From Curvularia clavata (lineage: Eukaryota): 64,000 nt of DNA. How positions within the stretch are numbered: position 1 is the first letter of the stretch; each line of letters opens with the position of its first letter. A program made the translations under genes and the position numbers. The stretch is from the NCBI GenBank assembly GCA_023920165.1, contig CP089275.1, positions 1,240,001 through 1,304,000 on the forward strand. The letters run 5' to 3'. Positions 37,644 to 50,617 of this stretch are shown in pieces. Under the pieces are notes generated by a model. It searched no databases. It saw only the letters and a program-made list of their open reading frames with translations, and was not told the origin of the DNA.

Positions 37644-39490
37644 CTATGCGTCCTCGATCTGCTCCACGCGCGCTGCCTTGCCCCCCGCGCCCTTGATCGA
37701 GCTGCCGTCGTCGGCAGTCGCATGATGATGCCGTAGCTGCTTGGCTCGTGATTTGCTAGGAATCGTATCCTGTATACATCCCTTGATAATGTTGCCCTCG
37801 AACAGCTCGCCAATCGACTCGAGACGCACACCCTTGGTCTCTGGCACGCAAAGGACCGTCCATACGCCCATGACTATACACAGCGACCCAAACAAAAGAA
37901 ATGTTCCGTACGTAATGTCCGCCAGCATCAGGGGCGTGATCTTTGCAATCACAAAGTTGAACAGCCATTGAGTCATGAGCGAGGCCGCCATGAGCAGCGA
38001 CCGCACCTGGTTCGGACTGCACTCAGACGCCAGCACAAATGGAATGGGTCCCCAGCCAAACGAGTAGAAGACAACAAACAGGTACACGCACACAATGGCA
38101 AAGATTGCGTTGCCGTCCAGATCGCCAGTCGGTGGGTGCACCGCTTGGTTGACGCCGATGTAGAACATGGCAAACGCCTGGCCGAGCGACCCGATGATCA
38201 GAGACCACTTGCGTCCGAGCTGTTCGGTAAACGCCATGAGTCCGATGGCCGTTACCACAATCTTGACGATGCCGTAGATACCAGTCGCCTAGTCACCACG
38301 TTAGCACCGTTTCACAACGTGTCTGCATACCGTTGCCACTTACAAATAGGCCCGATGATTTGCCAGTGAGGCCGATCTGCCGGAAAATCTGCGGGGCATA
38401 GTAGTTGATCCTGCTCAAGATTTAGTAAATTGTCCCTTGTTACAGCATTGGATACCCAAGATGCTTACGAGTTTGTGCCAGTCCACTGCTGCCAGAACAT
38501 GAGAATGACGACAAAGGACGAGCGGTAGAACATCTTCTTGCCAGAGACGGAAGCCTTGAGCTGGGCAATCAAGGGCATCTTCTCGTGGCCATTGAAGTCT
38601 GCAATAATCTCATCGAGCTCCTCAATAACCTCTGCGTCGTCGATGCTCTTGCCACGGACAGTAGCCAGTGCCTTGGCTGCGTCCTGGTACCGGTTCTTCT
38701 CCACGAGCCAGCGGGGCGACTCGTTCATGAACACGATGCCCGCTAGCAGGATAGCTCCGGGGAGCATCTGCAGAGCGAAAGGCACCCGCCATTTGGTGGG
38801 ATCCGTTGGGCTAGTAATATGCAGGGCAATGCCGTAGTTGACGAAAAAGGACAAACAGATACCGGTGACATTGAAAAGTTGCTGTTTTTGTCAGTCCGAT
38901 TCACATGAATAAATCCAAAAAAAAACATACCATGCATCCAATGCAACGTCCTCGAATCGCTCTGGGGGCGTTCTCTCCAATGTACGTAGGCACAACCGCA
39001 GAGATGAGGCCAACGCCAAATCCGCCAATCACTCGACCGACATAGAGCTGGGCGAGGTTCGACGTGCCAAGTCCGCACAGCGTCTGAATCAATGAACCAA
39101 TAATGAAGATGATATCAGCAATAATCAGTGCCCATTTGCGCCCAAATGTATCCGAGATGTAGAATGATGCCAACGCGCCGAAAAAGCAGCCCGCCTGCAG
39201 AACAGACACAATGTTTCCTTGGAGATTGGCAAAGTCTGGGCTGTTCTTGTCGAGGTTGAAGGAATGCTGGAACGAGTCCATGGTCAGGACGCCTAACAAG
39301 CCGTCAGCAAAAGTTCATTCCTCGCGAGGTACATCTAGGCAATGCCATGACACAGCCAACACGTACCTCCAATCAAGCCTGTATCCCAGCCAAACAACAT
39401 GCCACCAAACGAGGCCACCGCTGTAAGCAGGTAGGCTCGGCGGTATGTCTTAATGTCCGCCCAGACCTCTGCCATGTTGAGCTTAGCCAT
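37644..39490 (-). CDS. MFS sugar porter, quinate-permease-like
   Basis: Motifs GGMLFGWDTGLIGG, IVSVLQAGCFFGAL, ESPRWL, QQWTGTNS and PETKG. Four introns at about 39366-39293, 38930-38882, 38467-38411 and 38343-38289. Confidence 0.92.
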
Positions 39491-40843
39491 GATTCCTGTG
39501 CCGTGGTCGTCGTCGTCCAATGCGCGTCGTCGGCGGTAATGTCGTCAGCAGTAAGAGAAAAACGATGGAAAAAGAGGAAAGCCGCGGCGCGACACAAATA
39601 GCGGTCTAATCACCGTCTAGCGATGTTCAAGACGCAGGGATAGGCGGAATCGTTTCCTCGACCGAGATACTTCCAATCCGAGGGAGAGGAGCGCTGGATT
39701 CGGATTTAAATATGGCAGACCCAGTCGCACTTAAAAGAACGTCAACGCGCATCCACACCCAGGCGCTGAACTCCACCCCCATGCGACTTCAAACCCCGGA
39801 GAGACGACCAAAAAGCGAGCTTCGTTGGGCCTGCGTCTTGGCATTACCTACCACTGCGTCGGCACTCAGTTGCGGCTGCACACGGCTGACGGCTGGCGGC
39901 AATAAAAACATGTGACGTTTGCATACTCTACTCATGTTTCGCCTCTGGTGTGCGCGGGGAGGCGGCCAGACGAGAGAGGTAAACCGGTTTGGGGAGCTAG
40001 TTTCTCGTGGGGTCTCCACTCAATGCTGAGTTGTGTGGTTGGCGGGGCCCCGGTTCTGCACACCGCGGGTTTTTGGTGCGGAGGTTTAGCCGCACCGGGG
40101 ACTGGGGTCGCAGTGTCAAATGCCGGTCGGTGGGTTGCCCGTGGGAAGATGGGCGGGAAAGTGCATAGGGTGTCGGGCTGGTGCTGCGAGGGTCATTTTG
40201 CATTACTCTTTGACAACACGGGACTTGGTGTTGCTGTACAGATGGGACGTTGTAGAAGCTCGTCGTCGGGTAGAGAGATGCTGGTGGTGTGGCGGTGTGC
40301 TTGCTGCGGCATTTGGCGAGGGACTACGATCTGCATGCCTACCAACATACTGGTCACTCTTTCTCTCGGAATGTGGAGCGGCGCAATATCAACTATCTAA
40401 CAGCTGCCCGAATACTTTTACTGCTTGTTTCCAGGTTGCAGTACTCTGATTCAGAAGATGCCATCGTACGACGGTTCAAACACCGAGCAAGCCACAGAGT
40501 CGTGCGAGCTGAGCTCTTCTCCCACTCACGTGGCCCGCTCAAAGACCGACCCCAGATCCCACATTTCCTTCTCCGCAATTTGTTAAACCCCTCCGATGGG
40601 GAAATGGAGGCATGCATTCTCTCAACAGATTAGAGTTGTGTCCCGTGCTGATGTCATCAAGTGCCGGTCCTAGATGTCGATAGCGATGTTGTTATGCCTT
40701 GGGATAGTTAATGCACATTCGCTTTCACAACAAGTACTGAAATCTATACAACAAAATACGACAGAAAGATACACTCCAGACTCTACCATAATTCTTCAAT
40801 TAGTCTATCTAACATATCCAGTCCTATTCGCATGCAGCATCAT

Positions 40844-41971
40844 TTACATATTCGCCTTTTCCGTCTTCTGCTCCGGTACTTGCGTCAGAAGCTTATCGCT
40901 CGTAATAGCCGACTTGAGGTTATCCAGCACCAGGATCTCCATCTCGCGCTAGAATGTCATTAGCCCATCTGCAACCTAATCTCCCTGCATGAACACACGA
41001 AAAAAAAACATACCTGGGTTTCGAAAGTCGCTGTTCCAACGTGCGGCAGCAGTACCGCGTTCTCGCATTCCAGCAGTCCTGGGTGGATCTTGGGCTCCTC
41101 TTCGAACACGTCTAGGCCGACGGTCCATACCTTGCCGCTCTTGAGCGCGTCTACTAGCGCCGCCTCGTCAATCAGCGCGCCGCGTGCCGTGTTCACAATT
41201 ACCACACCGTCCTTCATCGCGTTAAATTGCTCCTTGCCGATAATGTGCTTGGTCGAAGGGTTGAGAGCGAGGTTCAAGCTGAGCACGTCCGATGTCTTGA
41301 GCAGCTCCTCAAAGCTCACATACTTTGCGCCGTTTTCCTCGCTGGCCGGCAGCTGGCGGCGGTTGTGATATTGAATCTTCATGCCGAATGCCTTCGCGCG
41401 GTGAGCTACGGCTGAGCCAATGCCGCCCATACCTAGGATACCGAGCGTCTTGTTCTTTGGGTCGTGTCCGAGCGAAAAGTTGCCGCGCCATTTTCCTAAT
41501 TTCACGTGTCAGTCGGAATATCCAGGAAGAGTTGGGCAATGGCAACCAACCGTTATTCACAGCCATGTACGATTGCTTAATGTTTCGCAGGGCGCCGAGC
41601 ATAAGCCAGATTGCGACGTCGGCAGTTGCGTCATTGACGGCGATTGGCGTACTCGACACCGAGATGCCCTTCTTTGTGCACGTCGCCACGTCAATGTTGT
41701 TGTATCCAGCGCCATTGTGGCAGATGTACTTTAGGCTCTTGGGCAACACATCCAGGAGCTCAGCGTTGAAGTCTCCGGTAATGGGGTTGGAATCGTTACT
41801 CCGGTAGAGGGCATAGACTCCGTCGAACTCGCCGCTCTTGCACCTGGAAATGAAGTCTTCGCGATTGCCATCGGGGTACTCGTGTAGCTTAGATGCGACC
41901 TGGGCACACTCCTGCCACTCTTTTTGAGCGTGTGCAAGTTTGCCAATTAGTAGCGCCGCTCGTTGAGACAT
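40844..41971 (-). CDS. D-isomer-specific 2-hydroxyacid dehydrogenase (glyoxylate reductase-like)
   Basis: Motifs HNGAGYNNID, LGILGMGGIG, VNTARG, GLDVFEEEP and LLPHVG. Introns 41550-41496 and about 41013-40949; stop TAA 40846-40844. Confidence 0.93.
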
Positions 41972-42952
41972 GATGGATATGTGTGTAAGACAAAGACAGC
42001 AAAGGAAGATTGGATCGAGTGCTGTCAGGACAGAGGGAAACGAAGAATAGAAAGCGACGAGTGGGCGGGAAATGTCACCTCCAGCAAAGCGGCATTTGGA
42101 TCCTTTTTATTGCGCGGCACTGCTCCGCCAGCGGAGCTTCTTTAACCGGCACATCTCGGACCGAGCTACCATCAAGCAGGGATATAATGCAGTGATTTAT
42201 TTAACTGGATATTTCCTTGGTCGTCATAAAACTACTTTATCTGCTGCACTCTGTTGTCGTGAATCTCTTGCGACAAGTCCTGGGTTGGCGATACTCGTAC
42301 CCCGCCACATTCCTCTGCCCCGCCATCGTCATGCACACTGATTCCACGCTCCGCGCCACAGATAAGCTGGCAAGACAAGGGCATGTAAGTCACGAGATGG
42401 GCTGTCTGACCAGACTTCCCATCGCCTTCGGTACGGATTTGCGTAGCAGCTTTTCATTTGATCACGAGGCGCCAGATTCCAAAGGGCCAACGTCATCGGT
42501 ATTTGATCCCCGCAACCTGACAAGTTCAAATGCCGAGAGTGGCACGTGAGCCACCTTTGTGGCTAATCAGTGCACCATACTCGATGAAGACAAGCGTGTT
42601 TTATAACCCATCGGGCGTTGGTCCAGCCCCGAGCCGACTCGAATTCTATTTCCGGTATCATCTGAATGACTGGTATGAGCTTAGGCAACAAGGCAACAGT
42701 CGAGGCAAGCTGCCTACTGTCGCCTGGCGCTGACACTGGCCCAAAGTGGAAATGCATGAGCAGAATTGTACTCACGTGACTGATATACACCATTTTACAA
42801 TCTATCGTCTCAAGATGGATCGGATATAAGATATTACATCGACTGCGATATAAATCACCAAATCCGCTACTTCAAAGTCATCAGAGACTCCAAGCATATC
42901 AGCAACTACTTTTTGAAACAAATCATCAACCCTCAACGTTCAACTTTCAACA

Positions 42953-44222
42953 ATGGAACTGAAAAACATCGCCATCCTCGGAGTACGTGAGCCTCCTATC
43001 CCTCCATCCGAACCCAACTTTCCTTCATTAACACTCTTCCCACCTTGACCATAGCCCGGAGGAAACGTCGGCACCGCCATCCTTGACGAACTCCTGCAGC
43101 CCTCCTCCTCCCCTCCTACCACCATTACCCTCATCACCCGTCCTACCTCCACCTACTCGCCACCCACCCCTCCCCCCAGCATTAGCACCACCCTCATCCA
43201 CAAAACCGTCGACTACACCTCCCTCAACTCCCTGACAACCGCCTTTTCCGCCCAAGATGCCATCGTCAATTGCATCACCGGCAGCGCAACACAATACAGC
43301 ACCTCACGCCTTATCCTCGATGCCGCTCTCGCCGCAGGTGTAAAGTTCTTCTTTGCCAATGAATTTGTGGGTAACATCCAAAGTAAGCGGTACGAGCGGC
43401 TGCCCGAGGAGTTTGTAGGTGCAAAGGTAAGGATGAGGAAGGAGTTGGAAGAATTGGGGAGAGAAGGAAAAATCAAGTGGACAAGTTTGAACGGGGGCCC
43501 ATTTGCAGATATGTGTATGTTATTCTTTCATTCCCTCTATTTTCATTCGAACAGAAAAGGGAAAGGCAAGTCTTGGTCTTGTAGAAAGATACAAGAGCAC
43601 TTGAAAACAACATCCCCCTTTTTCTACTTCTTTTTCAGCATCTGACAGATGGATAAACCCAGGGCTCATGAGAGGTCCTGCCGGCTTCTCCCTGCCTACA
43701 ACCCACGCCCGCATCTACGGCACCGGAAACACACCTTTATACTGGACGCCGCTCCCCACTATCGCGCGCGCCGCCGTCTATATGCTGCGGAACCCAGCAC
43801 CCATTACCAATCGCGCGATTCACATTTGTCCCTTTGTCACGCGCCGCGGAGAGCCGTCGTGTATCACGCAGCGAGTTCTGCTGCAGACACTCGAGGAACT
43901 TTTGGGAAAGAAGTTCTCGACCGAACAGGTTGATGTGGAGGTGATTTGGAAGAGGGCGTTGGATGTGCTGGAGAAGCACAAACAGGGTCAGCCTGGCGGA
44001 GAGCAGATTGCGCTTGCGGTTAAGGGGCTAGCAGTTAGTAACCAGTTCTATGAGGAGGATCAGGGAGAAGGGGGGGATGCGTTTAGTTGGTTGGTGGAGA
44101 ATGAAGTTGTAGGAGTGGAAGTCATGAGTGTGGAGGAGGCGGTGAGGGAGGCGGTGGAGAGGTATGGGAGGGACTGTAAGGTCGTGGAGGGGATGTACAG
44201 GGTTGAGGCTTGTGAGGGCTGA
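42953..44222 (+). CDS. NmrA-like / isoflavone reductase family NAD(P)-binding protein
   Basis: MELKNIAILG^PGGNVGTAIL (Rossmann Gly motif across intron 42983-43054), AGVKFFFANEF and WTSLNGGPFADM^W. Second intron 43515-43660. Confidence 0.85.
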
Positions 44223-44548
44223 GGAGAAGGGGGAAAGGAGTGAATTCTGGGAGAAGGGTTGTCTGTTGTCATGGAGAGTGATAGCCACTTTTGATAGAGT
44301 CTGGATCGAATCAGATTCTATACGAAGAGTAGAACCACGTTCTTCACGTCTTTTGAAAACAGCAAGTCGAAATAGTAGGAAGAATTTCCTATCATCATTG
44401 CATTCCAGACATGCATTCATTGCAATCAATAACGTATTTCTTTTGCTCTCATAATCGCTGCTTACTTCCCCTATGATACACCTCTCAACAGCGCTTTTTT
44501 CCAGATAGCGATGACAAAACTCTAATCACTACAAAATACAATGAGAGC

Positions 44549-47500
44549 CTATGAATGCGGCGGCCCTCTCCCCATGTTTTGTCCCCGATACTGCGGTGGG
44601 CCGTGCCCGTGACCTCCGTCATCCACCGTCATCGACTCCCAATCCCACTGGTACGTCACAGCTGTATACGGGTTCCCATAAAACAAGCTCATCTGCGGCT
44701 GACCAAACTCGTCTAATCCTGCGTTGGATCCAGGCAGGTAGTCAGAACTAGGAACATTGTTTTGGTAGAAGCTTGCGGTGTCAGGTTGCGAGAAGTAAGG
44801 CATTCGGTTGGCTGCTTCGGAGCCAGGCCATGTGTTGTCTATGGGCTGCAAAGAATGCGGGTGGGTGGGCATTTGATAAGCCTGTGGCAAACCAGGCTCT
44901 TGCTGAAATGTCTCTAGTTCCTGCGGTATGCGTTTTTCTGCTGAGCGTATATGGGGCATATGTCTTTTGGCGGCTTCGTCTGAGCTTTGCTTGCTAAGGA
45001 CCTTGGTAACGACATTATATGCGCCCTTACTTACTGCATCAACAGTTTGCATGGACTCCAGCCATTTAATAAGTTTGTCGACACATGATGTTATGTGAGA
45101 CTTGTCAAATGTCAAGTGGACACAGTCTAATGAGAGCTCAATCAAAAGGACGGTGAGGGCTTGCATAACTACGTTCCGTGAGTTAGCTTGGATTATTACG
45201 CGATGCTGTTGAAATAACCTACTCATATGGGTGGCACACCACCAGGGACCGTTTTCATAATACCAAGCCGAGTTCGGGGGATCGGGTAAGAGAGCGGAGA
45301 TATTGAGGGCTGCACCAATACAAGCATCGGCAGTTTTCTGGATAAAACGAGAAGACTCTTCGCTTTGCCCTTGTGTTCGCTCGTCGATTTTGCAGAGACA
45401 TGGACGAGTAATGCATATCTTAGCGTTATAGTAGTAGAGATAGAGCAGCAAGCTTTCGCGATCCAGACTGTGACCCATTGAAGCAGCGACAGCAATAGAC
45501 GGTCCCTGGGGTAGGGATTGCAAGGCCCAAGTCTGAAGCTCTTCGGAGAATGAGGTGATCATGGTTTGTGCAGCTTTCCAGGATTGTGTAGACTTTCGTG
45601 GTGAGTATAGGCCGGAAAGGATTTTGCCCATGAGAATGTCGAGCCTTACATAGGCTGTAGGGAAGCTGTCCAATTGATGGCCAGCGCTTTGCCCACCAGA
45701 TGAGGAAAAGGAGCTACCGCTGAATGACGAAGAGGCGGTAAAAATATTAGGGGCTGTAGATCTGCGCAACTTCGGTTCCACTCCAGCTCTAACATCTTCT
45801 GGCGGGGGCACTGTACAGTCCTTGGCTGACATTGCACGAGGCCGACCTAGTATTGTAGTAAGAACGCACTCGACAGAGTTGAGTGCCCACCACAGCTCTG
45901 CCAGTGATTTTCTTCTGTCGTGGTGGATAGACGGATTGTCGTATCGAAGGTGGAGCCCTGCGGCTTGGGCGTGACGGATAGCCATACCGATCATGAACCA
46001 GGCCCTGGATGACGTCTCAGCAAGCTTCCACATAACAGGATTGGGGGCTTTTCACCCTGACCCTAGACATACCTGCTAACATGACCGATTGTGAGGTAGT
46101 AGAAGGAAAGAAGTCCAATCGCCTAGACACATTTAGAAGGGTACGTTCAGTACTATGACCTGCTCACCTGTATCAGACGCTGATCTGGATGTGATGCGAT
46201 AGATTTCATGTTCTGGAACTGCAGTAGATGAATCGCTCTCCACATGTAGACTAGATGGTCGCGATCATCGACTCGCCACTCGGAGCCGACCAAATGTGAG
46301 TACCGCGCACCAATGGCAAATACGAGGTTCATGCCAGCCCTCCATTTACGACACACATTTAGGGTATCTTTAGTCTCAGCTCCATTGAAGTAGACCTGCA
46401 ATTGTTGCTCAAACTCATCGTCAATGAGCTTGAACGGACTGTGCACTGCATGTTTGTAGTAGCCGAACAGTCTCTGGGCCGTACTAGCAGAGGGCAAAAT
46501 GTTGGGGTCTCCAATATCAATGTCGATATTGGTCTTGTCGAGGTAGAAGTAGTAGCTTGTGGCAGAGTTCTGGTTGCCTTGTGTGTGACTACTTTTCTGT
46601 TGACGCCCATGCGATGCACCAGCATACGCGCTGGAGGTGTCTGCACTGGAACCAGGTGGCCTGTATGCCATATTGGGAGGTTCTCCTTCGTTCTGTTCGA
46701 CTTTGGCCTCGAGTGCGCGTAGCCATTGCGCGTGAGAGTTACGGCCCATGAAGCCCGCACTATCCAACTCGCTGTTACGCAAGAAGTCCTCTTGAACAAA
46801 GTCCAGATCGTCGTTTGAGCCAGCGGAAGCCGATATATGCGCTTCTCCAGCGTCTACAGAAGGGGAGCTTGTAGCGTCGTCGTCGAAATAGGAGGCCTGT
46901 CTCTGGCGCTTGGATTGTGATGCGAGTGGTGCTGTGGAAGTCGGGACAGGGGGCGTGTCACCTTCAAACGATGCCAATGTGTCTTCGACCTTCTTCTTGC
47001 CTTTCTCGTCCAGTTGGCTACTGACCTCAATCAGAAGTTCGGTCAGGATTTTTGTCTTCTGTATTGCTCTTTCTTCTGTGTTAGCAGAAAGTAAGGGGCA
47101 AGTGGTATGAGGACTACACACCCTCGGAGTCGGTCCCTGCGTTCCTGCTCATAGTGGCAGGCATGGTCCTGACCCTGACGCTGGCAGTTGATACAACGGG
47201 GGCGATCACCGGAACATTTGATTTCTATTTTTGGTCAGCGAGCTCTGTTTTCCGGTTCTATACAGAGAGCTCATTCAACTTCGCGAAGAAGCTATCTTGC
47301 AAGAAAGAAGATTCGAGAGAGGCCCACTTCGCTTGCGACATTGGGTGCACTATCGGTTGTCAGCTCCGGCCCAATAACTGTCGGCAAGTCCAGAACTCAC
47401 AGCTTTGCTTACTACGTCAGTGCGTGGACGTTGAGGTCGCACTGGAACGGTCAAAGAGTAATGGGTGTTCTGCAGCCGTGGAATGGCCACCTTTGCATCT

Positions 47501-47556
47501 GACCTGGTTGAGGAGCTGCGGCGCTCAGGCGGATACTGCCACTGCGTGTTCTTCAT
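44549..47556 (-). CDS. Zn2Cys6 transcription factor with fungal-specific TF domain
   Basis: Spliced KA^CTQCRKRK^IKCSGDRPRCINCQRQGQDHAC assembled from small exons at 47556-47120. Downstream ORFs 46153-47121 and 44549-46033 carry RAWFMIGMAIRHAQAAGLH, LWWAL and ILGRP. Several further introns. Confidence 0.88.
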
Positions 47557-48826
47557 GTGACAAAGACCAGACTGGAAGGTTACTGAAGGAGAGATGGTGG
47601 CATATCGCTGGGCAAGCTCAGATGAGGAGCTAGGGGCTAGGGGCTAGAACGTGAAGCGTACATGCAGTAACAGAGAGAGCCAACTGCGCAACAATGAAGT
47701 ACACATGCGCTCGGCCCAGATAATACTGGGTACAGGATGAGATGAGTTTGGGAGCGAGAAACGTTGTGATTGGTCTGGATACTCGTGCCGCAGCCAATCA
47801 TAGGCTTCTTAGCTATGTCACGTGTCGGCAAAATAAGGTAGGCTGAACAGCAACATGAGCTACCGCCGATTGTGGCAGGCTTGAGCAGCCAATTTTAGTA
47901 CCAGGAAGTTTCAAGCGGTTCGCCTTGGTTTAACTTGCTGACATGCTGTTCTCGAGTGTCAAACGCCTCATCAAGACGTCTGCGGGGTCTCAAGTGCCGA
48001 GAGGACCCACAGTTCCATCTGCGTCCCCCAGGGTTGTTTTAAGAATATAGTTCATATGTATCCTGATACTCTTGCTTCTGGTCTCGTGAGGTATCCAACT
48101 AGTATGTTTTGATCCAAGATCGTGCTACCTCAGTATCTCGTCAATGTGGGATCAATCGGGATAAATTCGAGAGAGCAGCGCTTGTGCCAGTTCGTCCATG
48201 GGCGAGTTGACCGCGGTCAAGAAACAATGATGAACCGTGTCAGTAAGCAAAGCTATCAGAGACGTGACTTTGGCAATCGGGCTGATCCACCATACTTTGA
48301 CAACAAAAAGAAAAACACAAAGCATTGGCCCCAAGTCGGTAAAGGAAGCGCTGCTCTTTCAAACTAGCCGCCTCGGTAGATTCGATGCGAAATTCCGCAT
48401 AGGCCCTGTGTATCACGGAGCTTTGTACCGAGTGGCGTTACTAACCGAGTTTGGCCGGGAAAGTGGACGGTGGCGGCTTCTGCGGGATGTATTTATGGTC
48501 TACAAGGCCGTCTTAGGAGATAGTTCCGCAAGTTTGTCGGAGCTTTGGGTGAATTGGGGTTTACAAGTTAGTATTTATGAGGCGAACTCTGCCAAGTCTA
48601 ACACTGCACGCATCCATTAGTAGAAACACTGTTTCGCATCTAGTACTGCGACTCGGGATAGCATGAGTAGTGGATGAATCCTTTACCTATGGGCTTCTAT
48701 GGATGGTCTTTGATAATGCAGGACCGCGCGTAAGGCGCATAGCGATACAGATTCATGGACTGGAATCCACTTTTCTGTCTACCTACTGTAGGTTGCTGCA
48801 TATTTTGCATAATATAGGGCAGCCAA

Positions 48827-49795
48827 TTATTGAGCCTTTTGCTTCCTTTGCTGTGCTTGCTGTTGGAGTTTCTTTTCACGCTTCTCTGCGATGCGGTGGA
48901 ATATGCTGCCATCGTACACAGCGCGAACGTCCTCCTGGGGAAACATTAGCGAATGTCAAATTCGGAAGCGTAGTTTTTCCTAGAAAAGCTACAAACCTTT
49001 ATCATCCGACCGTCTTCAGGCCACAGCATGAGGTACGTGGCGGTCCCTAGTATTACCATCTGTAAGTATACTGTTGTTTCCATCTCGTAGCAGAGGGCAG
49101 TACGCACACTCAAAAATAAACCCACAGCAGCCGATGGGATCGTTAATATTCCGCTGTCCTATCAATGTGTTCTTCAAATCCTGGACGGTAAGGTAGTCCC
49201 GTCCATCAGCATACTTGGTGAAAATTTCCTCGAACTTGGAGGGTATGAATCGTCCCTCAGTGTCGAATGTTCCCGTGTCGCTTCCATGTCTCGCTCTATG
49301 GACGTTCTTCAGAAACAGACGAAAATAAGGGTCTGGTAGCCATCCCGGAGAGGTCGGATAGGAGAAATTGATGTGGATGACTAGGACGGCGAAAGCGGAG
49401 AAGAGAAAACCAACACCCAGGCGATAGAAGCCAACGAATGTGTCCTGGGGCCAGATAATGCCATCGCCATCACGGTCGAAGAAGTCGCAATGTTGTTGAA
49501 GGACGGTTTGGTGAGAGTGATTCTTGGCCCAATCGTCTTCTGTACTTCCTTGAGGCTTGTCGATTGAAGGTGCAAGGTTCGCCCGTGCTACCGCTGTGTA
49601 TTTTGTTATGAGTCGAATTGCGTGTTGATTTTGCGGTTGTCTGGAGAGCTTACCTGGGTGTGGGAGTTCAGATTGCTTGTCGTTGAACCATGGTTTCCTC
49701 TCCGCGGTGACAGGTACCTCGGGTATCGCGTACACAGGTACGCCATCTTCCATATTTCCTGACTCCATGGAACTATCATCTATTTTTGCAATCAT
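48827..49795 (-). CDS. Caleosin / peroxygenase (EF-hand lipid-droplet protein)
   Basis: VLQQHCDFFDRDGDGIIWPQDT (catalytic His plus EF-hand), proline knot FSYPTSPGWLPDP, HGSDTG and EGRFIP. Later exons WTATYLMLWPEDGRMIK and EDVRAVYDGSIF; stop 48829-48827. Confidence 0.92.
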
Positions 49796-50617
49796 GACGA
49801 AGACTTGTTATTCCAATTCTACGGCTAGGAAGAACAGCTGCTGAACGAGTTCAAACAACAAAACTTCAATTCATGTTTGCCTATCCATCTCGACTTGTAC
49901 GCATCACGGAAAATGCCAGTGCATGCTCCCATTGGATCGGAGGATCACCATGACGTCAACGACTGTCCGCGAAGGAAGCTTGGTATGGTTTTGCGCGCTC
50001 TTAGGAGTGAAAGCGGACTTGCTACGAACTGTTCTCTGACTTGGATGCGCTATAATGATTGCGTAGAGTTGCGGTGAGCCTGGTGGCAAGGCGGTAAAAC
50101 TGTTATGGCCACTTGACGTCCGCACAGTGCAGCCGGGCTTGTCAGGATGGCGGCTCGACAGCCAATTATCGTATGGACATTTGCGATAAAGACGGACAAG
50201 GCTATGGTTGGATCGCCAGAGACGCGGCAGGCCAAGCGCATGCTGGAATGCCTGCCATTGCGCATCTCTCTCACAGTTCTCAAGTCGCATTTATTTACGG
50301 GGTCAAAGTTCGGAATAGCTTTTCCTAACAGCCCTAGAGGTTTCCGGTTATCCGGCAAGCATGCTGTCTTGTGATTAGCTGTATGCCATCCAGTATATCT
50401 ATTCGCCCTTGTGAATCTCACTGCAAGAGCCTCAATTTGGCTAGCGCAATCTCACAGATGAACGACGCGCATGCACGGGACCGCGGGAACACGCGCCTGA
50501 GAACGTCGCGCGGCAACACCACCACCCTTTTCCTGATGCAGCGCCTGTATTGACACCCCGGACGACTTGATGATTTCTACGAATCCTGATATGCTCTGAA
50601 ATGATCACGTAAACGCA

